A stretch of 63,540 nt of DNA, filler included, from Licmophora abbreviata (GCA_900291995.1; 24 parts of 24 records of this genome joined end to end with filler, not necessarily neighbours in it); one strand, 5' to 3'; counted from the whole stretch's first letter, positions 9,666-18,835 are shown. Numbers and translations are program-made. Notes: generated by a model from the sequence alone, not told the origin.

Positions 9666-11690
9666 TCATAACCAGTTGCCACGCCGGCGGCGCATCCAGC
9701 CGCCATCGCGCGGCGAACCGGATGTTGCGGGGCCTGACGATGCCGATGGCGCTGGCAGCTGCGTTGGATTTTTCAAAGCGGCCTGAGAGACGACGCCCAG
9801 ATCATCAGCCAACGCCGCCCAATGCGCCTCCGACCAGCGATCGATGCCTTCAATCCAGGCGGCCGCCCGGGCATAGACACGACAATCCAGCGCCTCATTG
9901 CGCTCCCGCAGTTTTTGCCATTCGAGCTTGGCAAAGCCGCGCTTGTTCTTCACCGTGACCAGCTGCTCGGCGGTCAGCTGTTTCAGCCATTCGGCATCAA
10001 CCCAGCTCGGCAGATGCACCGTTCCCGCGGGGAACGATGCTCCAGCTGCGATCTCTTCCGAAATTGGCCGATCCTGACGCAGGAACCGATAGGTCTCAGC
10101 CTTGAAGGTCGAGGTGGCCACCGACCAGAGCCGCGCGCCTCGGCGAAGCCGCTTGCCGCCAATGGTGGCGTCGACGAAGGTCGGCCCCGTCACCGGGCTT
10201 GCTCGATTGAATCCCTCGAGGCCCTTGACCGGCGCGACCTGCCCAAAACCCACCTGCCGCGCCCAGGCATAGACGGCTGCTGTCTCATAGCCCGTGTCGA
10301 TCGCCAGTCGCGCGATCATCATCGGCGTGCCGCTGGCGTGGGCCCAAGTCCGGCCAAGCAGCTCTGAGAGCTTCTGCCAGCACGCCGGGTCACCCGGGCC
10401 GCCGTCAATCACAATGTGATCGACGAGCCAGCTTTGCAGCCCCCTGCCCCAGGCCCAGACATCGACCTCGATCCGGTCCTTCTGCACATCGGCCCCAGCG
10501 GTCAGGAAGAGCCCACCCGCAGGCACAATGCCCGGCTTCCACCCTTCTCGCTGGTCGTAGAGCCGCTGCCAGTCCGGCGCCTCACCCATCTCGACCCACG
10601 TCTCGCCTAGGATCGTGTTGCGAAACGCTTTGATCGCCTCATCCGACCCCTGGGCTGCGTCCCAGGCCCGCACAATCCGCTCCCAGCTGAGCCAGCCAAT
10701 CGGCGAATAGAGCGCAGATAGGTGATAGCCGACGGTATTCGGGTCCGCCGCCATGGCGGTTGCCCGCCATTCGCCAGCCTCCAGCATCGCCGTCTTGTGA
10801 TGCTCCGCTATGGGCTGCTCGCAGCCATCGCAGTGATATTCCGCTGTTTCCGGCTGCCCCTTCTGCCAGCGCAGCCGTTCGAATTTGAGCCACTGCATCG
10901 CGCCACAATGCGGGCATGGGACAAAAAACCGCCGCTGGTCTGATGCCTCATAGTCCCGCTCAATCCGGCTCATGCCGCGAATGGTCGGAGTTGAGACCAA
11001 GAACACCTTGCGCCGATGGGCGAAGGTCAGCGAACGCGCTTCCGCCAGCGTAACCGGATCACCCTCATCGTCAGCGGACGCTGGATAGGCATCGACCTCG
11101 TCGAGAAAGATGTAGCGCGCCGGGGTCGAGCGCAGCCCCACGGCCGAGTTTGCCCCGGTCATGATTAAGATACCGCCCGCGAATTCCTTGGACAGCATGG
11201 TGTTGCCTGCGTCGCGCGACCGGGCGGGCTTCACTCGCTCTCGCAATTCCGGGCTCTCATCAATCAGCGGATCAATCCGTTGCCTCGAGTTCCGTTTCGC
11301 CAATTCCACGGTCGGCTGGACCGCGAGCATCGGCCCCGGCGCCTGGTGGATCGCAAAGCCAATCCAGTTGTTGCCCGCTTCCGTCGCGCCGACCTGCGCC
11401 GCCTTCATGAACACGATCCGCTGTGCCGGGTCTCCAGGCGAAAGCCGGTCCATTATCTCAGCCATGTAAGGCGTGCGGGCGGTTCGATACCGACCGGGTT
11501 CTGCCGACGCGCGCCCCGACAGCATCCGGTGTCGGTCGGCCCATCGGGAGACGGTCAGGTCCGCATCCGGCGTGAGACCCGCGCCCCAGGCACGCAGGAT
11601 TTCTGTCGCGCCATCAAAATCCGGCATATCGTCAGCTTCACCGTAGATCGGGCTTGACCTCGGCAAGATCGTCGAGCTGGGCGCGGACAT
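9666..11690 (-). CDS. Terminase large subunit, lambda GpA family (alternative start at 11627)
   Basis: KAAQVGATE Walker A variant, YIFLDEVD Walker B, VSTPT, CPHC/CDGC, TAGADVQ, AIDTG, RNEALDCRVY. Confidence 0.97.
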   Translation of the reverse strand: MSAPSSTILPRSSPIYGEADDMPDFDGATEILRAWGAGLTPDADLTVSRWADRHRMLSGRASAEPGRYRTARTPYMAEIMDRLSPGDPAQRIVFMKAAQVGATEAGNNWIGFAIHQAPGPMLAVQPTVELAKRNSRQRIDPLIDESPELRERVKPARSRDAGNTMLSKEFAGGILIMTGANSAVGLRSTPARYIFLDEVDAYPASADDEGDPVTLAEARSLTFAHRRKVFLVSTPTIRGMSRIERDYEASDQRRFFVPCPHCGAMQWLKFERLRWQKGQPETAEYHCDGCEQPIAEHHKTAMLEAGEWRATAMAADPNTVGYHLSALYSPIGWLSWERIVRAWDAAQGSDEAIKAFRNTILGETWVEMGEAPDWQRLYDQREGWKPGIVPAGGLFLTAGADVQKDRIEVDVWAWGRGLQSWLVDHIVIDGGPGDPACWQKLSELLGRTWAHASGTPMMIARLAIDTGYETAAVYAWARQVGFGQVAPVKGLEGFNRASPVTGPTFVDATIGGKRLRRGARLWSVATSTFKAETYRFLRQDRPISEEIAAGASFPAGTVHLPSWVDAEWLKQLTAEQLVTVKNKRGFAKLEWQKLRERNEALDCRVYARAAAWIEGIDRWSEAHWAALADDLGVVSQAALKNPTQLPAPSASSGPATSGSPRDGGWMRRRRGNWL

Positions 11691-12340
11691 GTCTTTCTAA
11701 CACTTTCTGCATTTTGGCGGGTTCAANNNNNNNNNNNNNNNNNNNNNNNNNNNNNNNNNNNNNNNNNNNNTTAATTAATTAANNNNNNNNNNNNNNNNNN
11801 NNNNNNNNNNNNNNNNNNNNNNNNNNGGACATGTTTTTCTAACACTTTCTGCATTTTGGCGGGTTCAACACCCAGATCGGCTGCCATCAAAGCTGCCGCC
11901 CGCGCAGGCCAGTTGACCCAGACATCGCGCTCCTGCCGCGCCAGCCGAAAAACCAGCGACAGTGCGCGAGCCCGGTCGATCAACTCGCCTTTCAGCTTTT
12001 GCAGCCGCAGACGACGTTCTTGCGCCTTCAGCACTTCATTGGCCGTCTTGGCCTGCAAAAAGGTGGTGCCACCGCTATTTGCCGGAGCCTCAAGCCCCTG
12101 TTCCTTCAGAGTGTCTCCGACTGCCGAGACAGCAGCCTCCGGCACAGGCTTGCGTCTTGGCTGCGGTGTCTTACGGGTTTTGGATGGGTCAGTCGCCTCA
12201 GCACGCAGGGCATCGCTTGCAACCGCATTGATGCTGCCATCATCGTGCAGCACCAGCCGTCCTGTCGCCTTGGCCTTCTGGATCGCACCGCGTGAAAGAC
12301 CAACGCGGGTGGCGTATTGGCGCTCGCTCAAACCCTCCAT
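11638..12340 (-). CDS. Terminase small subunit-like protein, split by a linker with overlapping contig ends
   Basis: N-terminal HTH (GLSERQYA.RVGLSRGAIQKA), L.KLKGELIDR, RQERD.W.NWPAR; the C-terminus (HVRAQLDDLAEVKPDLR*) lies in the previous contig. Confidence 0.85.
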
Positions 12341-12486
12341 TGCGCGCTCCGATTATCATTCAAAATCATGTGCTTATGTCGTTGATAAGCCTCCGCAGTA
12401 GAGCGAACGTGGTCTCACGAAAACGATGCAACTCACCACCGCGCTCAAGCAGCGCAGCGGTCGCGCAAAACCAAGGAGCCGCCACG

Positions 12487-12756
12487 ATGACCCGCTTGAA
12501 CCCGATCACCACGCCTCGCCACCAACTGCACGCCGAGAAGGCCGCGCGGAACCGCGAAGCTGCGATCAACGCCTTCATTGGCAAGAAAGCCGAGATCGAC
12601 AACATGCTCGCCCGGCTGCAGAGCCTCAGCGACGAGCATTTCAACTGCCACCCAGACGAAATCAACTGGGGCCATGTTGGCGCCCTTGAGCATTACGCCA
12701 GCCTGCTGAAGCGCATCACCGACAGCGCCTTCAGTGAAGGCGAGCACGCGGAGTAA
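12487..12756 (+). CDS. Conserved prophage hypothetical protein
   Basis: AAGGAG RBS; AF+.KKAEID.MLARLQ.LSDEHFN.HPDEINWGHVG.L.HYA..LKRITD.AF.EGE. Confidence 0.8.
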   Translation: MTRLNPITTPRHQLHAEKAARNREAAINAFIGKKAEIDNMLARLQSLSDEHFNCHPDEINWGHVGALEHYASLLKRITDSAFSEGEHAE

Positions 12757-12761
12757 GCGCC

Positions 12762-12980
12762 ATGGAAACCAGCACAATTCGTATCACAATTCGTAAGCTG
12801 CCCGATCAATTCGATCGCAGCCGCATCACCACAGTCCTTGACGAGATCGAATGCGCCATGATGGACGACGGTGGCGTTTATGTTCGCGCCTACGCCGACA
12901 GCATGACGATCACCATTGAGGTGCCCACCAATCAACTGATCGACGCAGCCGCCTGTCTGAAAGACATCGGTCTGGTCTGA
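12762..12980 (+). CDS. Small hypothetical protein
   Basis: 72-aa ORF 5 bp downstream of the previous gene, with a GGAG RBS. Confidence 0.7.
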   Translation: METSTIRITIRKLPDQFDRSRITTVLDEIECAMMDDGGVYVRAYADSMTITIEVPTNQLIDAAACLKDIGLV

Positions 12981-13070
12981 ACTGCACAGACCTCAAGATA
13001 TGCCCCGCGCTCGCGGGGCCTGTCTCGGTAGAAGGACGCATGTCGCGATCCTCAAATACTGGAGACACTT

Positions 13071-13313
13071 ATGGCTCAGAAATCCACATCAAAAACAACC
13101 GCGACGGCCCCGCCCCAGACCAAGCAGCAGATCGTGATTGACCTCCTACGTCGGCCCGAAGGCGCGACCATCGAAGAGATCGCCAATGCCACCGAGTGGC
13201 AATCGCATACGGTGCGCGGCGCCATGTCCGGCGCGCTCAAGAAAAAGCTAGGCCTCGCAATCACCTCGGAACAGGTGGAGGAGCGCGGACGCGTCTATCG
13301 TATCGAAGACTGA
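13071..13313 (+). CDS. DUF3489 winged-HTH-like protein
   Basis: TKQ..VI.LL.RPEGATIEEI..AT.WQ.HTVRGAMSGALKKKLGL.I.S......RVYRI. Confidence 0.9.
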   Translation: MAQKSTSKTTATAPPQTKQQIVIDLLRRPEGATIEEIANATEWQSHTVRGAMSGALKKKLGLAITSEQVEERGRVYRIED

Positions 13314-13615
13314 TCCCGCGCCGCTGTACCGCTGAAGTCGCGGCGGTAAGGGAGCCTTGCGCGAACAGAGCCGTCGCTTATCTTGAGCGGCGGCTTTTTT
13401 GATCGGACCCGGATTGCCTCGAAGACCCGCCGTAAGGCGAAGGAACGCGCTATCGACATCACGGTAAAAACCGCCCCCATTTGCAGGTTCTGGGCCAGCG
13501 TTGTGTGCAGCCCAAACATCGGGAAGATCAGGATTTGCGTCAGCACAGCGACGCCGTAGCCAACCGCGACATTCGCAATCGCTTCACAAAATGACATCAG
13601 ACGGGATTGCCTCAT
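13295..13615 (-). CDS. Small two-TM membrane protein (DUF7220-like)
   Basis: MRQSRLMS..EA+ANVAVGYGVAV..Q.LIFP.FG......QNL.+G.VFT..S+ARSF.LRR.FE. Confidence 0.8.
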   Translation of the reverse strand: MRQSRLMSFCEAIANVAVGYGVAVLTQILIFPMFGLHTTLAQNLQMGAVFTVMSIARSFALRRVFEAIRVRSKKPPLKISDGSVRARLPYRRDFSGTAARDQSSIR

Positions 13616-14136
13616 ACATTGAGCCCCAACCGGCTCAGCGCATGACGAAAGCTCGCTTCCTGAAACTCCCGCGTCATACTGCCATTTTGGAGGTAACGTT
13701 CACCGGGGACGCGCAACGCAATGGTTTGATTGGAACAGTCGGCGGCCGGCAGATATGCTATTGCCTGGCGATCAAGCGCGACAAGGGCATAGAGATCAAA
13801 GGCATTTTCCGGATAACGACGCCGCCCACCTTTTCCTGCACGCCGAAGATGGAAAAAGTAACCCGGTGTCGCCCGAGAGCGCGGATCATGGTTTTTCGGC
13901 TTGCGGGTGGATTTGACTTGAACGCGTAGCAGTGCCCCATCAATATCCACCAAGATATCGTACGGGAGCCCCTGATCGCTCAAGAACGCGCGATAACCGC
14001 TCATGATAAGGTCGGCGCACACCAAGTGCTCGGCGGCCTTGCCAACTTCCAGGTCATCACTACATTCGACGTCTGGCCTGTCAAACTCGCTGTCGGGCAG
14101 ATCAAATCCCAGGTGTTCAAACAGCGATTGCTGCAT
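13612..14136 (-). CDS. PD-(D/E)XK endonuclease (PDDEXK_5 / group-I-intron-associated type), free-standing
   Basis: GKAAEHLV.ADL...GY.......LPYDILVD.....RVQVKST...YPENAFDLYALV; ATG at 14136 after GGGAGG. Confidence 0.82.
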   Translation of the reverse strand: MQQSLFEHLGFDLPDSEFDRPDVECSDDLEVGKAAEHLVCADLIMSGYRAFLSDQGLPYDILVDIDGALLRVQVKSTRKPKNHDPRSRATPGYFFHLRRAGKGGRRRYPENAFDLYALVALDRQAIAYLPAADCSNQTIALRVPGERYLQNGSMTREFQEASFRHALSRLGLNV

Positions 14137-15334
14137 GTCCCGCCTCCCGTTTCCGTTCGACGTCTTCAAAACTCTGCCCCGTTTCCAACAACTGCGCCTC
14201 GCGGCTGGTGAACTCTTGCCAACGACGGATGATCACATCGACGTATTTCGGATCGAGTTCGATCAACGACGCATGGCGCCCCGTCGTTTCAGCAGCGATC
14301 AGCGTCNNNNNNNNNNNNNNNNNNNNNNNNNNNNNNNNNNNNNNNNNNNNTTAATTAATTAANNNNNNNNNNNNNNNNNNNNNNNNNNNNNNNNNNNNNN
14401 NNNNNNGTTTCACCCCCTCAGGCCAGCCATAGAGGATCGGCTCGTATTGCCGCTGATAATCGGCTCGCCCCAATGTGAAGCGGTCCTTCGCCCAGATGAT
14501 GAAGGTCGACCAATGCCCACCTGCGGACTTGAATGCTGCCTGGAGCGTCTGCAGCTCGCTGGACGACATGCAGATGTAAACCGCGCCATCTGTGTGCATG
14601 TTGATCAGCACGCAGGCATCATAGAGGAACTGGCCGAAACCATCGCCGAGCGCGTCGTTCTTGATCCGCCGACCCTTGCCGGCCTTCTCGGCGCCAACAC
14701 CGCCGGCGTAATCCACATTGTAGGGCGGATCACAAAAGCACAGATCGGCTTTTACCTCGCCCAAGACTTTCTGAACATCGGTAGCCACGGTGGCATCCCC
14801 GCAGAGCAGCCGATGTTTGCCGAGCACCCAAAGATCACCCGGACGGCTGATCGGGGCCTCGGGCGGCTCGGGAACGTCGTCCTCACCGTCGCGAGAGGCT
14901 GTTTCAGGATCAACGTCTCCGGCCAACAGCGCTTCGAGTTCAGCGTCATCAAAGCCGATGAGCGACAGGTCAAAATCCTCACCCAGCAAATCGTTCAGCT
15001 CAGCCGATAGCAGCGCCTCATCCCAAGTGCCAAGTTCCGTAAGTTTATTATCCGCGATCCGGTAAGCCCGACGCTGTGCTTCGGTCAGATGTCCCAGCAC
15101 GATCACGGGGGCCTCAAGCAGCCCCAGCTGTGTGGCGGCAAGCACACGGCCATGGCCTGCGATCAATTCTCCATCATCCGCAACCAGGCAAGGAACGGTC
15201 CAGCCAAACTCGGCCATGCTGGCCGCGATCTTTGCAACCTGATCCGCGCCATGCATCTTTGCGTTCTTCGCATAAGGCTGGAGCTTGGCAAGCGGCCAAG
15301 TCTCGATTGCGTCCGGGGCAAAGCTCAGGGTCAT
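14117..15334 (-). CDS. ParB-N + N6/N4 DNA methyltransferase, middle part missing at linker 14307-14406
   Basis: ParB-like IAGHGR...AYRIADNK; HRLLCGDAT; catalytic DPPYNV; the C-terminal TLIAAE..GR....IELDPKYVDVIIRRWQ was translated manually from 14117-14306. Confidence 0.92.
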
Positions 15335-15694
15335 TTCTTCGGGCCTATCTATTGAGCATTTTGGTTTGGCTGCCAGCCGTGGTAGCTGACAAGATCGCGC
15401 TTTACCCACGGGTCATCGCGATGGGAGGGGGATGCGACTGTGCAAATGCTCCAGTCGACGTCATTACGCTCAGTACTGAGCGGGTTCGACGGCACTACTG
15501 GGAGGAGGTGTCGTCGAACTGGGCACTCAAATTTGGACTCCGGATAGCAGCAACCAGCTTGGACTCCACGAAGGGTCCAGCGGCGGACAAGGCATCCAGC
15601 TCCAAGGGTTTGTTTAATTGTGGTTTTTCTCAGATCGCGGGTGGATACCCGCTGGGGTGGCTTCCCAAAAAACGGGCCCTGTCGCTAGCGATAT

Positions 15695-15739
15695 TGCGCG
15701 CCTTGCCCCCCCGTATACGGTTCGCGCGAGGAAGGACCC
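15695..15739 (-). other. Lambda-like cos site (cosQ + cosN-like)
   Basis: Minus strand reads GGGTCCT-TCCTCGCGCGAACCGTA-TACG-GGGGGGCAAGG-CGCG, compared with lambda GGGTCCT...TTACG-GGGCGGCGACCT-CGCG (recalled from memory); same orientation as the GpA terminase. Confidence 0.7.
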
Positions 15740-16029
15740 ATTAAATTTCAATGGGTTAGATGTATCACAAAATCGACCAGAGACGGTTTTGTGAGATACC
15801 GGTTACCATTTACACCGCCGCAAACCCGTTCAAACCGACCCTGCTCTCTCAGCCACACGACGGTCATCTTATCGCCCTCGCTGTTCAGCGCGCGATTGAA
15901 GGCCCACGTTGCCGCCTTCTCTCAGTCGAGCGACGGCGGCTTCGAAGTGAATGCGGGACTGATCCAGGTTACGGATAATGACGTTCCTGCTACACCGCCT
16001 TCGCAGAGATTGTCGTTCACTGTTCCGCG

Positions 16030-16500
16030 TCACCACCGAATTTGGCGCGACCTCATGGTTCGCAATCCACACTCTTTCGACGGTGCATCGTGAGGGATAT
16101 CGTGTCGCTTACGCAACCACGCAATCATTCGGTCTTCTATCTTGGCCTGCGAAATGCCCCAAGTTCCGAGGCTTTCGATCGTTTCTTCGATGAAATCTGC
16201 AGCTTCTGCGCAAGTCACGTCGTACCACTCACCCCGAATGTGCTCTGGATAGAAGTAGTATTTGAATGCGTTTTCCAATCGTGCAGCGATTGCCTTTCCC
16301 GGCAACCACCACACAGAGTGGAACTTTAAAGCTCGAAAATGGGCAATCTGAAAATCACTGAGCCGTCTCTCAGGGTTATCGGTTATTCCAACTTTGATCG
16401 GACACTCCCCTCCAACATCAAGTAAATATACACTACAATATCCGTGAATTTTCACGAAGTCGCGAAACCCCCAAGGTTTCTGCCGGGTTTGATGCGCCAT
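16030..16500 (-). CDS. GIY-YIG superfamily nuclease (T5orf172/MUG113-like)
   Basis: VYLL......IKVGITDNPERRL..FQ......L....LE...K.......IRGEWY. Confidence 0.85.
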   Translation of the reverse strand: MAHQTRQKPWGFRDFVKIHGYCSVYLLDVGGECPIKVGITDNPERRLSDFQIAHFRALKFHSVWWLPGKAIAARLENAFKYYFYPEHIRGEWYDVTCAEAADFIEETIESLGTWGISQAKIEDRMIAWLRKRHDIPHDAPSKECGLRTMRSRQIRW

Positions 16501-16571
16501 CGATCAGCCAATCTTTTGAGATAGCTCGGACGCCGGCTGCCCCACCCGCGCACGACACCGAGCCTAGCGTT

Positions 16572-16630
16572 TTTATACCCCTGTAAAATTTTCCTGTCTC
16601 GCCTTCCGATGTCTCACTGAAAAGTGTCTC
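16572..16630 (-). promoter_or_regulatory. Candidate promoter: three GAGACA direct repeats at 15-bp period, the last 17 bp upstream of TATAAA
   Basis: On the plus strand TGTCTC occurs at 16595, 16610 and 16625, and TTTATA at 16572-16577. Confidence 0.6.
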
Positions 16631-16664
16631 ACACGCACGAGTGGGCTTGACAGTGTATGGCCGA

Positions 16665-16780
16665 TCAGCCCGCCAAAGGCTCGGTGCCGCGGTCCAGAAG
16701 AGCGAGGTAATCCGAATAGGCATAGATGCGACCGCGCTGTTTCCCGGTCGTCTCTCGAATGATGCCTAGCTCCGCGAGCT
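16665..16780 (-). CDS. C-terminus of a Fic-family protein
   Basis: Manual translation LAELGIIRETTGKQRGRIYAYSDYLALLDRGTEPLAG* matches the typical C-terminal wHTH tail of Fic proteins; the catalytic motif is outside the contig. Confidence 0.7.
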
Positions 16781-16880
16781 NNNNNNNNNNNNNNNNNNNN
16801 NNNNNNNNNNNNNNNNNNNNNNNNTTAATTAATTAANNNNNNNNNNNNNNNNNNNNNNNNNNNNNNNNNNNNNNNNNNNN

Positions 16881-17036
16881 GGAACAAAGGAAGGAAGGTC
16901 GGTGATGGTGACGGGAGCATCCGTGGGAACAAAGGAAGGGAGTTCGGTGATGGTGACGGGAGCATCCGTGGGAACAAAGGAAGGAAGTGCGGAGACGTCT
17001 AGGGGTGCATCCGTGGGAACGAAGGAAGGAAGCTCG
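16881..17036. repeat. 45-bp coding tandem repeat (LPSFVPTDAPVTITE), about 3.5 copies, cut by the contig end
   Basis: GGAAC(A/G)AAGGAAGG recurs at 16881, 16926, 16971 and 17016. Confidence 0.92.
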
Positions 17037-18175
17037 GTAGGGTATATCGAGGGAAGGCCCGTGGGTGGAACGGTTGGGGTGTCGGTGGAAACACTTGTGG
17101 GAACTGGTGTCGCGAGAACATTCGTAGGTGCGCCGGTTGGGCTTTCCGTAGGGACACCTGTCGGCCCATCTGTAGGTGTGTCTGTTGGACCGTCAGTCTC
17201 AGCGGCTGTTGGCGAGCCCGTCGGACCTTTTGTAGGCGTTGTCGTTGGAACCTCTGTAGAACCATCCGTGGGAGATGCTGTAGGACCGTCTGTGGCCGGA
17301 ATCGGAACAGTAGGAGGCGCCACGGGAGGCTCCACCGGAGGTAGCTGATCACCCCTGAAGGGCAGAAACGAGTCACCATTGCATTCATCTCCCGAAGTAC
17401 CAAAAGGTGTTCCAGCACACGACCAAAGAATACCAAACTCTTGTGCGGCCCCCGCGCCGCATTCCGCATATGTACAGAGCGCACAGGAAGCATCGTTCAC
17501 CGTGATTTCGCATGCTCCATCGTATTCCACAGCACGGCAAAGTTCGATGCCCGCCAAGGGACCAGACGTAAAGTCGTAACAAACCTTGAAAACATCATAG
17601 GTCGCGTATCCTTCGTAGTAGTACGTATACTCATTCACGTAGCAGTACTCGGTACCTTGACTGTTTGTCGTGCAATACTCCTCGAAAGAGCACGTGATGC
17701 GTCCCTGGTTCGTGTCAGTATTCAAAGCGCTACAGTCACAGTAGTCAGTGCTACAATAGGGGAGTGCCTGCATCTTTCTCGCGTCCGCCTTCATCTTGTT
17801 TATCTGCACTGTCGTCTTGACGCAGACTCCACCCGTCTTGGAGAGCTCACTTTCGACACACTGCTCATCGTCCTCGTCGTCGCAGTCTGCTAGGATTCCC
17901 AGATCAGCTTCGAGATCCTCCACTTCGGGATAAGGATCGCACTCCTTCCCCGTCTCCTCCATCTGCAAGCTTTTCTTCTCGAGAACGGACACTTCACCCC
18001 CTGCTAGTAGCGGAGCATCGCTGTCTTTTCGACGACGACGGACAATCGGGTGCTTGGGGTTCCAAATTGGCTTTCGCGGTTTTCGGAGACTGAAACCGGC
18101 GCCATCCAGTGACTCCACGAGAGGAACCGCGACGAGGCTCTGTGCCAAGAAGGTGGCTGCCGCATGGAGACGCAT
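16881..18175 (-). CDS. Secreted Cys-rich protein with Pro/Thr-rich (PTxxP) tail; diatom cell-surface type (3' truncated)
   Basis: Signal-like MRLHAAATFLAQSLVAVPLV, a Cys/Tyr-rich domain, then PT repeats. Confidence 0.75.
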
Positions 18176-18835
18176 CGTGCTGCGAATGGCGTTGAACGAA
18201 CGGCACCAAACCACGAATACTGTACGGCGAAAGGGGTTCACGTCAATTGAGGCATCCGGCAAATTGAAACTTGACGCGACTCTCTATCTTCCCAAACTTC
18301 TAATGTCATACATGATTGAATATGAAATTATACAAGAAGCGCTGGATAGTAATGTCCCACCAAGTTTTCGCGCGATCCTTTTGCACCGCGATTCACTTTA
18401 TTGGCGTTTTGGAACGTGACCACCAAGGCGACCAGGAGCAGTCTGTCCATTTGGACCGATCGGAGCCTACGGAACCCCGTTCTCATCTAGGTTATGATGT
18501 GGTTGCAAGTTCAGAAGTGTTGTGGCGGGCCTTGGACTCTTCTTTCACGTCGAAGCGCCCGCGCCCTCCTCCATGACGGTGCATGATTAGAGAACGGGTT
18601 CCAGGGCGCGCCAAAAAATCAGACGCATCACCCTCGCGAGAAAACTTGTTCNNNNNNNNNNNNNNNNNNNNNNNNNNNNNNNNNNNNNNNNNNNNTTAAT
18701 TAATTAANNNNNNNNNNNNNNNNNNNNNNNNNNNNNNNNNNNNNNNNNNNNCTACGAACACTGCGATGGAGGTCGATGCGAACCAATGTGTCAGTGTTCG
18801 TACTATTCTTTTCCCACCTAAGCTTTCTTTGAACC

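Noticed and set aside
3369..11657. Many long alternative-frame and antisense ORFs over the phage genes (e.g. 3923-4882, 8430-9269)
   Set aside because: Shadow ORFs typical of high-GC coding DNA; they lack motifs and fully overlap recognisable genes.
13612..14136. Group I intron carrying the endonuclease
   Set aside because: The ORF overlaps both neighbours, leaving no room for an intron core, and the MTase C-terminus is complete.
2786..16780. RcGTA-type gene transfer agent
   Set aside because: GpA terminase, lambda-type portal, gpW, protease-capsid fusion and a cos-like site indicate a lambda-like cos prophage rather than the RcGTA cluster.
16700..17000. Prophage integrated in the diatom genome (HGT)
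   Set aside because: The bacterial and eukaryotic parts meet only at an artificial linker, with no overlap.
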